A DNA stretch of 64,000 nt from Strigamia acuminata. Taxonomy: Eukaryota. The stretch's first letter is position 1. Each line of letters begins with the position of its first letter. The stretch covers positions 25,172,001 to 25,236,000 of the forward strand of contig OX442314.1 in assembly GCA_949358305.1 (NCBI GenBank), in the 5' to 3' direction. The position numbers and the translations under genes were made by a program. The notes below the pieces were generated by a model. It saw only the letters and a list, made by a program, of their open reading frames with translations. It searched no databases and was not told the origin of the DNA. Below, piece by piece: positions 52,102-64,000 of the stretch.

Positions 52102-53781
52102 TTCCACTCCGGAAACACTCCAAATCATCGGAGTGGGGGGAGAATCTCCACGATTTTCCCTTCCCCCCATTTCAAACTTTCATGTGCGTTCCCGCTTCCA
52201 CGCCGCGCATTCCGGCTATCGTTCCACACGTTCCTGCTACTGTTCTACACGTTTCGGCCATCGTTCCATACGTTCCGGCTTCCATTTCCGCATCCAGCAT
52301 CCGCTCAACCGCATCAGCATCCGCAAATGTTATAATTTAGTAAATCCTTTTTTTATGTAAAAATTCCTTCCACTTTTATTTGTTTTTGTTACATGTTTAA
52401 TCTTCCATCTTTTTAAATTGTTTATTGTTAATATATTACATTCCATGTCTTATTTCAACTTTCAATGTTTTAATTGTTTACCCTTGTTTCACAATTGGGG
52501 GAATGATGGAGTATCTCGTACTCCATTTTTGTTTATGATAATTTATGACGCTGCCGATTGCAGCGCCACCTACGTGGTCACTCGATTAAAAACACACTTA
52601 TGCAAACAAGCCCACTCAACATGGTCGTCTTCTAGTCCGTGCTTTCCAATCCAACACCATCACAAAACAATCCAGCTGAATCCATTACAAGAACACATAA
52701 GATAAAGAGGGTTTTATAAAAGTATATCAAAGCAAAAACGTTATCAGAAGGTGACCAAAATGATTGATTTGTTGAGGCGTGATCACAAGGTTTCTTCTTG
52801 TGACATGTTCAACCAATGGGAGTTTGTCATTAGTGTTTTTAAACTGTTAGGGGTCTTCAGAACTGCTATGTATTCCCCTACAGTTTCATTTTAATTTTTT
52901 TTTTAAAGGAAAAAAATTGGATTTTTCCATCCCACCCCCATTATATTTTATTTTTATTTTTTCTTACAAGAAGTGTTTATGAAGTGTTTTTTTTTTCTCT
53001 CCTCTCAGTCCTCTGTTGTTTGTGTCATCTTTTTTTGTAATAAATCATACTATTGATCTGAAAGTGAATTGAGGGTTATCACTTTTTATTGTCCATTTGA
53101 TGGAGGACCACTTTAGATGAATGATAAAATTGTGCTGTTAAGTGAAAATTGATTACCATTGTTCTTAATATGCATTTTTTCTCCTGCATTTTAGTTTGTG
53201 TTTTTTATTTTATTCTAAGTTCACTCTTTAAAATGATTTGTTGATATTTTGTTAACGATTTATTGTTGACAGCTTGTGTGTGAAACGCGGGTTTTATAAT
53301 CGGATTAAAAATTTGTTAAATGAATTAAATGCAATGCAAGGTTATTGTGTTGATGTTGCATTAAAGCGCAATTTCCTGAATGTTGATAAAACAAATAAAG
53401 GGCGCTTTAATTAAGGGGTTGTTAAAATCTTGATTTGAGTTGGACATTTTTAAGATAAAAATTTATTTCGCCTTAGGGTGAATGATAAGTTCCATAGACT
53501 TTAAGTTGTTTATTTGTAATTAAAACAAATACACACTAGAATTCCCAATTGCAATTTGCCTCTGGGAGAGTCTAATACGTTCTGCAGATGTTTGGTAAAA
53601 CTCTTTACAGAAAAATCTTCAAACTTTCTGCTTTTACTCTTCAAGAGAGTGGGAAAATGAAAATAGACGCACAGGAGAATGAAAGCTGTTGTTTCGTTGT
53701 TCAAATGTCGCAACCCACTTTTACCTTACACTAAATATAGCGTAAAAAATGTCATAATTGTAAGGAAAAGTACCTGCCGCA

Positions 53782-54119
53782 TAGGGCTTCTGTTTTCCCG
53801 CCTTTTATTAATTCCCGGTTCCCGGTACTAAAATGACCAGTACTCCCGGGAAATCGGTACTCTCGTGACTAAAAAAGGTAAGGCCTCAGACGACGTTGAA
53901 TGGTTAAAAATGGTTATTTTTTTTGTCTAAAATGGCCATTTTCATCATTGAAACGTTACAAAACATAATGTTTAAATGACAAAAATGACATTTCAGCAAC
54001 GTTTTGACAATTTTGGACAGAACCGGTTATTTTTTCAAATTTCTCGGTTCCCGGTTCTGTGATTTTCCAACCGGTTTCTCGGTAAGGCGGTACCCTGGTT
54101 TCCCAATACCGAAACCCTA
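53782..54119. mobile_element. hAT-type MITE
   Basis: TAGGG...CCCTA termini, perfect 8-bp TSD CTGCCGCA, internal CCCGGT repeats. Confidence 0.88.
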
Positions 54120-55436
54120 CTGCCGCAAACTGTGTAATGTGACGCACTTCCAAAGAAAAAAGTGCGTTTTATGGTCTGCAAAATACGGTGAATCGAGAAA
54201 AGCAGTTTAAAAGGCAGTTTAAATTCTGTCTGGTTTAAATTACTTTACGCTTTCTGTTTTTGCTGTTCGTAAAAACACCAAAAGCCAAATAAGCGAAACG
54301 TTGAATGCATCTGGTGAGGCTTTACTGCAATGTTTTCCGAAACAATTGCATTTGTTATTTAATGTATAAGATCTCGTAATGTAATTGACGGGTACTATAA
54401 CTAGAAGCTAATAGCTCAATTATCATTAGGGTTTAGTGACCGAAAGTTTCATTATTAACCTGCTAAACTCATGTGCACAAAACAGATGAATTGTATTGAT
54501 TTTCTCTCACGAACTCAGATTGAAGTTGATAATTAGGAGATCTGTTCGCAGATGGAGCCACACTATTAGGATTTTTAAAAATTTTGGTCAATTTAGCGAG
54601 GCGTCTCCCATTTTCTAAGTGGAGGTAACAAAATCGATCATGTGTGAAGTTGAGGTGAAATTTTGTTTGACTAAAAATTGAAATATTGTGCTATGAATGC
54701 ACCTGTGATCATATCGCCATTTCTCATCGCTTTTTCCCTGTGGTGTTATTCATTATTCAATCCGATCATGACATTTGACATGTTGGATACATCGCTGCAC
54801 AATGCGAAATAAGATGATACTTCATAGCAAGTATGGCAAAAATTTGACCAAGGTAAATTTATATATGCATAGAAATGATATTTTTAAAATAAATTTTATT
54901 ATTTTATCAATATTTAGTTATAAGATAGTGTTTATTGTAGATTTTTTTGTGTAATTAATTGATGAAAAAATGAAATTTATTTTTTTTCTTCAAATATTGG
55001 GTTTGGATAAATCAAAAAAATTCATTTTCGTCGCGTCTTAAAAATCGATTTTTATGTATTTGCATACTTATTTATGAAATTTAGGAATTCAAAGTTTTAC
55101 TATTGATTTTTACTCCTCCTTTTAAATATTACCATGGCAACAACAAGCTTATGAATGCAACCACAAAATTTATGCATAACTATGCATGCAATTCATAATG
55201 GCCAAACAAATTGAACTTTAACACTGAAAATGGCTCAATTTCTGCATTGACTGCATTAAATATTTAAAACCCACTGAGTTTTTTAAGTAAAAAAGTAAAA
55301 AAGTTTATAGAAATGATGTCTACACATGTCATAACCACACCCTAAGGTTGAACCAATTGGTCATGAATTAATAAGTGACCAAGAAGTAAGAGAAATTAAA
55401 AAGAAAATCATAAAAAGATAAAAACCATTCCAAATT

Positions 55437-55697
55437 CCCATATGGTTTAAAAATATATTTTACAATATATTGCTTTCCACTTAATGCATTATGTATAGCC
55501 TTTTGCAGAATTAAGTATTTGTACGTTAAATAATGCAATTGAAAAATGTATTTGAAAATGCCATTCATATTTTACAAATTAATACGTTTTACAAAATATA
55601 TTATTATTTGCAAACCAATAGCACGCAAAAATATATTACAAAATGCATTTTAAAATACATTACAATATAATTTCAACGTATTTTTTAACTGTATGGG
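55437..55697. mobile_element. CMC/EnSpm-like non-autonomous element
   Basis: CCCATA...TATGGG termini, 2-bp TT flanks, repeated AAAATAYATTACAA motifs. Related fragments at ~20870-21050, ~40320-40407 and ~60325-60430. Confidence 0.6.
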
Positions 55698-57914
55698 TTA
55701 TTACGTTGTATAAATTATTACTATTTTTTTTTTTTTTTTACAATAAAATCTATTTAAAAAAATTTAATTTTATCCAGTTATTTTAATATTTTTATTACAA
55801 TGGCAAAAGAAGGTGATTGCATGCTAGAAAACGTATTTTAAGCCTCCTGCTACTCGTGCATTAGAGTTTGCACTTAAATTTGTGTCTCCTAGCAACCTAG
55901 TTTCCCTGCAGGCCACAGTTTGTTCATGCACATTCGCAATAGATTCAATCTAATCAACTGTTCTTGGAGTGTGATGGAGGTCTGGGGTCAGAGAAACGAA
56001 ATAAATAGGGGAAAATGAATTTTTTTTATTTAATGGAAAAAGAAAATGCCTCGAGTAAATTCTAATAAGAAGAGGAAATCAATTTAAAATGGTTTGTTTG
56101 GTGTCATTTTCGGTTTTTCGTGCCACCCCTGTGAGTGTAAGATGGACATGATGTTAGGTGCAATATAACTGAGTGAGTATGATCCTGCATCTGGAGGTGA
56201 GGTCATTTAATGAGTCCCCTGCCAAGTGAGCAAAATGGCAATTTCTGCTGACCTACTTTGGCACAAGTATTTAGAAATTTGAGGGAGGCACCCTCCATTG
56301 TTGATTGGAATAATTTGAGCAAGCGCCCTCTGTTGTTGATTGGAATAACACAATTTACAAAGTGTTGAGCAGATGGTACTTTTTTATTGGATGAATTTAG
56401 TTTGTTTTGCTGGAAAGGACAGTTTTTGATGATGTCTAGTCTGGGTTTTTCTAGGCTGGTTTAAAGGCGAATTAAGAAAAGAAATGGTAAAGATGAAGTT
56501 AATTTCCAAAATAGTAACAAATCTGTTGAATTGCGTTCCAGGATTATCACAGAAATATTGTAGCGTTTGAACCCATTTGGTTCAAAAATGTATTTTACAA
56601 TATAGACTCTTTGCTTTTCATTAGTCGACATCGGCACTCTTTATAATGAATCGCAAGGGACCCGAAAAATCGATTCATTATAACGAGAATTCGTTATATC
56701 GAAAAACCAAACCGGCCATTTTTAGGTATTCGTTGTATCAATAATTCGTTATATTGCGATTCGTTATAAAGAATGAGCTTGATCAGTCAGTCCAACGCGT
56801 GTTAGTTCGCCTAGGACTTCAGTGCTGGTTGAGGCATAGCATGGTAAATAACAGTTTATGGGAATTTAGCGTTTCAAGCTCGATAAACTACTTGATAAGT
56901 TATACAAGTGTCTAAAAAGTGGTTTTGCAAATGCTACACTACAGATGGTTGGTTTATGTTGCAAATACGCACTTTTTTCAAGAGGAAAAGAACAGCTCAG
57001 CATATTGCAGCGACTGTAACTCGAGATCATAGGTCTGTAGGGAATGAGGTGTCTGGAAGAGTTGTCTCGTTGACTGCGTTCTTTCTACCCAAATTTGCAC
57101 TTCTGTATCAGCTGGCTTGTAAAATATTCGCGTGATAAAGTTGGTTTTTTTTATTATTGAAAAGTAAAAACATGGTACCAACTGCCAACATTTGGAAATA
57201 CGGTGTGATGAAAGTGATATTAAATAGCTTCGATTTTAATATCCGCGATTTATCAGATGTCAAGGAAACATTCATTCAAACGCTGCAGTTATTCCTTTGG
57301 AATTATTTTTTAACTTTAACATTTCAAGTATGCAACCAAGCGGGTTTCCAGGGGTTCTCGACATAGAAACAAAAAAATAACAGCGTTTTAAACAGTTTGT
57401 CTCGATTTAACTTAAAATGGCGGCCGATTTAGTTTGAGTTCAGTCGCAGTGACATAAGCGCGGTATTTAGACACGATAAAATATTTAAGTGTGTGAGATT
57501 TTCATTTTAGCATTTATAATATTTTATACTGTATAATATTTGTTAGTCACAGTATCTTACAAGGGGAGAGCACCAATAAGCTATCACAGATTGTTGTAAT
57601 ATTAAACAAGAAGGATTGTTATATCATGCTGAATGAGACCCTAAAATAATTTCATTCCATAAACAGCCAACAATGCAAACAATGAGCTGAAAGTTGGCAC
57701 TATTTTGTCTGTGTATACATCAAATCTGAGCAATCAGGCCTAGTGTATGAATACTGTAAACAACAGTTGCTAGGTAAAAAATAGTTCCAAGATCCAAGTT
57801 CAATTTTACCATTTGAGATTCAATGATGTCATTTCCTCTTTTGATATCACATGACATATGACATCAGAACTTTGTTCAACAACATGACTGTCTTCATGAA
57901 GACAATAATAGTTT

Positions 57915-57986
57915 GTAGTGGTGGTTCAGTGGTTAAGGCAATGGACCAGGAATCTTTCCACACAGGTTCAAATCCTGTTGGGTGTG
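57915..57986 (+). pseudogene. Decayed tRNA-Ser-like sequence, left arm
   Basis: GTAGTGGTGGTTCAGTGGTTAAGGCAATGGAC...CACACAGGTTCAAATCCTG aligns to tRNA-Ser with CpG>TpG/CpA changes; variable arm shortened. Confidence 0.7.
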
Positions 57987-58158
57987 AATATATTTACATT
58001 TATTTTTTGTTAAATTTTAGCAGTTATTTTAATGTTTGTAATTTTATATTTGTTTCCAGAAAATTTTAATTTGGTTAATTTTAATTTTTTAACAAATATA
58101 AAATTACAAACATTAAAATAACTGCTAAAATTTAACAAAAAATAAATGTAAAAATTTT

Positions 58159-58230
58159 CACACCCAACAGGATTTGAACCTGTGTGGAAAGATTCCTGGT
58201 CCATTGCCTTAACCACTGAACCACCACTAC
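58159..58230 (-). pseudogene. Decayed tRNA-Ser-like sequence, right arm
   Basis: Reverse complement of 57915-57986. Confidence 0.7.
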
Positions 58231-58909
58231 AAACTATTATTGTCTTCATGAAGACAGTCATGTTGTTGAACGAAGTTCTGATGTCATATGTCATGTGATA
58301 TCAAAAGAGGAAATGACATCATTGAATCTCAAATGGTAAAATTGAACTTGGATCTTGGAACTATTTTTTACCTAGCAACTGTTGTTTACAGTATTCATAC
58401 ACTAGGCCTGATTGCTCAGATTTGATGTATACACAGACAAAATAGTGCCAACTTTCAGCTCATTGTTTGCATTGTTGGCTGTTCATGGAATGAAATTATT
58501 TTAGGGTCTCATTCAGCATGATATAACAATCCTTCTTGTTTAATATTACAACAATCTGTGATAGCTTATTGGTGCTCTCCCCTTGTTAGTGTAGAATTTA
58601 TGTCATTTGAAGAGTGCTTATTTTTAGTTACTCTATGTTATGTCATGAGTGTTAGTATAGTATGTGTTATTGTATTGTTCTTTTGTTGTATTAGTTTACT
58701 TTTTTCATCAAAACATTATGCTTGTACGGTTGCTGTTTTGCTTAGCTAGTAAAAGGTTCTGAAAACATTTTGTGCCCAAAGACGTCAAATTATTTTGACT
58801 TGGTTTTCATTAATCAAGAAGAACGCACAGGGAGAAGTACCGGAACATCACAAGTGCAAGTTAAATGAATGTGCTTAGTGTCAATCGCTGTAAAATTATA
58901 CGAGATGTC

Positions 58910-59064
58910 CAGGGCTGGACTGGGAACAAATTTATTGCTGGGAAATCTGGATGCCCGGGTCGCAATTACTGAAGTCTGGACAGGCCACAGCAGGCCGCGA
59001 CAGGCCACAGCGGCCATGGGCCACCGGGAAACTCCCGGTAGCTCGCCGGGCCAGTCCAGCACTG
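58910..59064. mobile_element. hAT-type MITE
   Basis: TIR CAGGGCTGGACTGG / CCAGTCCAGCACTG; 8-bp TSD GAGATGTC / GAGGTGTC. Confidence 0.8.
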
Positions 59065-61751
59065 GAGGTGTCCCAAATAAAACCGGCCCGACAATACAGG
59101 GTATCTCGAAAAATGTATACCGTACACTGTTATTTTAAATATATATTAATCATTAGTTGTGGGCAGTGTTGTTTCATTAACGTTTCTGGTGCAGTTTTTT
59201 TGTATAGACCCCAAATTTGTGACCGTCTGTAATTTCCGAGTAATGCCAAGGCTTGGTTGTCTGTAAATATGTCAACAACCCATATCATATTCAGTAGATT
59301 GCATAATTTTTTAAATTACAAGGTAAAACAGCTCTTAAATGACAAGGATGGAGAGGCAATTTATTAACGTTGACATTTCCGTAACAAGCATCACGTCACC
59401 AGCCAGATGATGACAGACAAGGCGGACCCGCAGAGGGGCTGAATTATTAATAAAAATGGCAGTGCATTATACAATTTCTTGTAAACAAAACCATTAGGCA
59501 AATAAATAACCACAAGTGATGTCTTTTTTTTGGGTCTTTTTATATGTATTTGTGTTGTTTGTGTTTGCAACGCGCCTAATTGGCAGGAAGATGTGTGTTA
59601 TTGGATTTTGATCATTGAGTTGTCAGGTAGTAAAGAATAGGTGGACGTGCTCGTAACTCAGCGTGAGACCCATGCTCTGTCTAGGACACCTGTTCGTGTC
59701 TCTGGGAATGGGAATACGGGTTGATCGATAAATTGCCATTCGAATCGACTTGTCAAATTGAATAAGCAGTTTTGTCAAGTTCGCGTTCCTATTTGCTGGT
59801 TTTTTTCTTTGCCTTCAAGCCCGTGAGTGTCAAATCAAATTGTCGGTGGGTTGAGCAGGGAAAAACAGTCTAGTGGGTTGCACTGCAGTGCAGCATGTGG
59901 GGCAGTAAAGTTGTTTGTTTAAACCAGGGGTTTTCAAGCCATCTTTGGGAGTTTTGGCTGGTTTTTCGAGGTTTTTCGAGGTTTTTCGAGAATTTTTGAT
60001 GGTTTTTGTAAATTTTGAGAGGTTTTTTTGAGGTTTTTGTGAAGATTTTAGAGGATTTTGTAACTTTTGCTAGCCTGCAACCAATTACGGGCAGTAAGTT
60101 GGAATTGGAATTGGCAAAAATTGAAGAAAAAAAAATCTGGGAACGAAAATTTTGGGCGACAAAGTGATTGAACACTGTTGCGCCCTACCAAAAATCAGCT
60201 CGCGCCCCACAGTTTGAGAAACGCTGGTTTAAACTCTGAATTTTGTATGTTAATTTGGTATTTATTTGGTATGGTCAGGAATTCCAAAATATATAGGTTT
60301 TCACGGAGTTTAAATATTATCATTCGCAAACCAATAGCATGCCAAAATACATTACAAAATACATTATCCAGTGCATTGTGAAACTTAATGCAGTTCAAAA
60401 TACATTATAATACATTGCGATATAATTCCAAATGGATACAGCTACCGAAGTATTTCGATCTTGTTCTGTTCATAAATGCTAGGGGCCAAAAGATGCCTCG
60501 TTGCTTTCCAAGGATTCACCAAGCTTATAGAATTCCAATTGGAAGCTCAGAAAATAGATCAGACAACAAACTGATTGGGACTGAAGGCTATTTTGATTGA
60601 ACTAACTGTTGTGCCACTTCAACGCAATGCAGGAACCACATTTGACACTGCATCAGCTGAATGAGGTCGCAACACCCAAGAATTTCAATAAAGTGTTTGT
60701 ACTTTTTGTGTTTTGGCTACAAAAAATCCAAAACAGCTTCCACTCAGGCCATAAAACCACTAAACTGCACTGAATAAACCAGTTTTACTATACCTTATTG
60801 CCTCTTAAACTTCCAAAATGGAAAGTAATTATTTAAAGCTGGCGTATTTATTGAATTTTCCATGCTATACTATATACTTGACTTTAATTTGGTGGAATGA
60901 CCTCGCTCTTAAACGCCTATCTTTATGCTCTTGTAGGTAGGATGTATAGTGTAATCTGCGACCTCTTTTCTTGCTGATTCTGCTACTGCTTGTAAATGAC
61001 CTGTTATGCTAACATGGTGGAAACCATTACATAAACATTGCAACAATTTGGATCCCTTTTCTTCTTGTTTTACCCTCTCTGAATGTGCAATTTAAGCCAC
61101 TTTTTCCGAACTCAATGCCACCAGTCAAGGAAAGCAACGCAGTTATTGATTTCCCTCCCCCTCTCTCTTTTCTCCCCCCTTCTGGCTACTCCTTGCCTAT
61201 TTCCGGGCCCATCTTGCTGTTGCAGCAAATCAACCGGTGGAATTAGTGGTCAATCAAGTCCCCATGGTCAGAGGGGGTTTCTTCCGCTGTCCCCGGCCCA
61301 TAAATTTAGATTTGAAACTGTAACGAGTTTATTAGGAAATTTGAAAAGAGGGAAATGTTCTTGTTGCAATTTATTGCAACAAATTGCTGATTTTTTTTTT
61401 TTTTTTTTGATTTTTTTTTTGTTTTATTACAAATTTATTATAAGTTTTGGTTTGTTTGTAAAGTGTGATTTATTTTGTTGTTTTTCTGTTTTCTTTTTTT
61501 GTCAGTGAAACAGCAGGTGTGGGAAATTGCGTCCAGGGTTAATTAGAGAATGAAGTTGAGATGGGTGTTGGGTAAAGATGTGCTTCAATTCCTCCTGGAG
61601 GAAGCGAATGTATTCTTAGTGGCCAATTGATTCCAGCACTTTAGTCTCGCGTAAAAGTGAATTGTGTTGTCGTTGGGTCAAGATTTAGCTGAAGTTTGAC
61701 AGTCTTCTAAAGTGGATAGTTACTTACAACTTTTGCCACTAGAGACATAGT

Positions 61752-62501
61752 TAAAGCTGTTATTTTTGCGGAAAATAAAACTTCTCCAAAATGGTTTCAT
61801 AAGTGTGGATAATGCAAATAGAGCATTTTGACAACAAAATATTTGAAATTGGAGGTATTTTTTCGTCCGCAATTGCCGCAATCGGACCGTAATGCCGCAA
61901 TTTTGCTGAAAATCCGCAATTTGCCAATTTTGGGGGGTTTGGAACGAAAATCGACTGAACCGTATCAGGTAATAATTTTATTTAAAAACTTCAAATTTTG
62001 TTTAAAAACTTCAAATTTTGTTTCAAAACTTCAAATTTTGTTTCAAAACTTCAAATTTTGTTTCAAAACTTCAAATTTTGTTTCAAAACTTCAAATTTTG
62101 TTTCAAAACTTCAAATTTTGTTTCAAAACTTCAAATTTTGTTTCAAAACTTCAAATTTTGTTTCAAAACTTCAAATTTTGTTTCAAAACTTCAAATTTTG
62201 TTTCAAAACTTCAAATTTTGTTTCAAAACTTCAAATTTTGTTTCAAAACTTCAAATTTTGTTTCAAAACTTCAAATTTTGTTTCAAAACTTCAAATTTTG
62301 TTTCAAAACTTCAAATTTTGTTTCAAAACTTCAAATTTTGTTTCAAAACTTCAAATTTCGTTTTAAAACCTTGAAATTTTGGTCAAAAACTTCCCGGATG
62401 AGCCTGCAATAGGTCCGCAATAAGTCCGCAAAATGCCGTTTTTTAATGCCGCTTTCCACCCGCAATTTCACTGTTTTAAGTCCGCAAAAATAGTAGGCTT
62501 A
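61752..62501. mobile_element. hAT-type non-autonomous element carrying a minisatellite
   Basis: 17/21 TIR ending TATTTTTGCGGA; 8-bp TSD GACATAGT / GACATCGT; subterminal CCGCAA repeats. Confidence 0.7.
61981..62365. repeat. 20-bp minisatellite, ~19 nearly identical copies
   Basis: TTTCAAAACTTCAAATTTTG in a head-to-tail array. Confidence 0.95.
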
Positions 62502-64000
62502 GACATCGTGCAGTTTGGCTCCGTCCACAATAAGAAAACTACAAATTAACAATGTTATAATTAAGGCCCGGATAAATGCATAAATGCGTAGGAATTATTT
62601 TTATTCAATAAAAAGCCGAAATTGGTTATAAATGCATATTTTCCGATAACAATATAACGTATAATGTTATTTTGCAATGGTTTTTCTCATAGAGAGGGGC
62701 AACCATTGGTACGATCACATGAATCGTGTCACCTGACCTCATTTTGTGTTTGGTAATTTAATATTTGGTCACCAAATAAACGCTAAGTATCTAATATAAG
62801 CATGGTGTTTATAAATGGGATTTATTATTACCTGGAGAATGACTGGCTTATTCGGCTGGAAGTGCAAGGTACTAAATGCTTTTATTCGCACCACGGGACG
62901 AACATGTCAAATATTAATTTAATTACGCCTAATTGGTATATAATTAAGACAAAAAGTGGGTTTTGCTACATTTAATTTCAGACTAGTTTCTATTGGTAGT
63001 CCTTTTATTGGTATTTTTTTCCTGGGTGTATGTGAAGCCATCAGACACTTGACCACAATCTTGCTTTCACCTTTGCTTGTAGAGAGAAAAAACACTTACA
63101 TGTTTCAATTTATCCTCACAGTGGAGTGAGGTTGAGAGGTAAAAGAGGGATGTGTAACTGCTACATAGCACATTTACTGAGCACTTAAGAAACCTAAATT
63201 TTTCACAAGTTTAATGTGATTATATTAAAGAGAGAAACGCTAATAAAGTTATGACATATTTAATAAATGTGCTGTTAGACAGATGCATTAAGTTAAAGAA
63301 GAATAATTTGAAAAAGCAATTAAAAACGAGACTTTTCAAATGATAATTTCTTAAGTGTTTTTTTTTTTTTTTCTTAAATTTTTATGGTGTGGTTATCTTT
63401 AAATGGAAGCGAGATTGGATCTGCAAATGGGAAGAAATTCTGAGATATTACACGTTGTTAAAAGTTTAAGCAAGTTTAATGGTAGATAAAATAAAATATT
63501 TTAACTTTTTGTGTAAGAAACTGCATTAACAACTTTAATTTTATTCTGTCGAAATTCTACATTGAAAATTAAATTATTTGAATAAAAGAATTGAAAGTGT
63601 TTTAAATTTAAATTGAGTCTTTTCAACCCTAATTTCTTGGAGTTGGGTATTAGGATTTAGGATGATTATTTTCGGCCATTTTGATGTCATTTTATGATTT
63701 AAAGTCGCATTTATAAGCTAAGCCAGAAGTATTTTTGTCTACGTATGCAATTTCCTATTTTTTGAACAATGAGGGAGAATTTTGCCCATCAAGTGGTTTT
63801 AAATAAAAATTTTGAAATATTGCCTGGGATTATTTTGATATCATCAGTACATCTCCATGATAGCAACAATAGATAAATGATGGATATAAATTTACCATCA
63901 TGACATTTTATGCACTTTTCCAAATGGATTGTACTGCCATCATGCAAGAGTAAGATTATTTTTGACGTAATTATGACATAGTGCAATTGCAATTACAACA

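Larger units (their letters stand above)
50881..52700 (+). mobile_element. Gag-only non-autonomous LTR retrotransposon (Ty3/Gypsy, Mag-like)
   Basis: Identical 194-bp LTRs (50881-51074, 52507-52700), 5-bp TSD GATAA, PBS at 51077-51093, polypurine tract before the 3' LTR, intact gag, no pol. Confidence 0.93.
57560..58585. repeat. ~1 kb near-perfect palindrome (foldback-like element)
   Basis: Two ~495-bp inverted arms with only a few mismatches, ~36-bp AT spacer (58055-58090), TTA on both flanks. Confidence 0.92.

Noticed and set aside
51356..52360. Overlapping ORFs (204 and 168 aa minus; 178 and 109 aa plus) as antisense genes or frameshifted pol
   Set aside because: Shadows of the GC-richer gag; no protease DTG, RT YxDD or integrase motifs.
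57851..58294. Twin ORFs MTYDIRT... on opposite strands
   Set aside because: Artefact of the palindrome; they read through the tRNA relic.
61828..62412. 194/122/118-aa repetitive ORFs
   Set aside because: Translation of the 20-bp minisatellite, with no gene context.

Overview
Eukaryotic, AT-rich invertebrate DNA (arthropod-like; species not identifiable), with many ~55-100 bp introns. The first ~29 kb is gene-dense: a BC-box/LRR protein (+), DNAJC28 (-), PP6 regulatory subunit PPP6R/SAPS (-) hosting two paralogous intronic C/D snoRNA candidates, SINHCAF/FAM60A (+) with a uORF-rich leader, a PPP1R32/SAXO4-like gene (-), tRNA-Glu(CTC) and phenylalanine hydroxylase (+). The remaining ~34 kb looks like the 5' region and long introns of one unidentified + strand gene with alternative first exons. 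It is littered with MITEs (Tc1/pogo, hAT, Harbinger, CMC types). Top leads: (1) a young gag-only LTR element with identical LTRs, tRNA-Ser PBS and 5-bp TSD; (2) a possible spliced 53-aa TQT-motif microprotein upstream of FAM60A; (3) duplicated snoRNAs; (4) a ~1 kb near-perfect palindrome carrying two decayed tRNA-Ser copies. Exon structures were derived by hand and are unverified.
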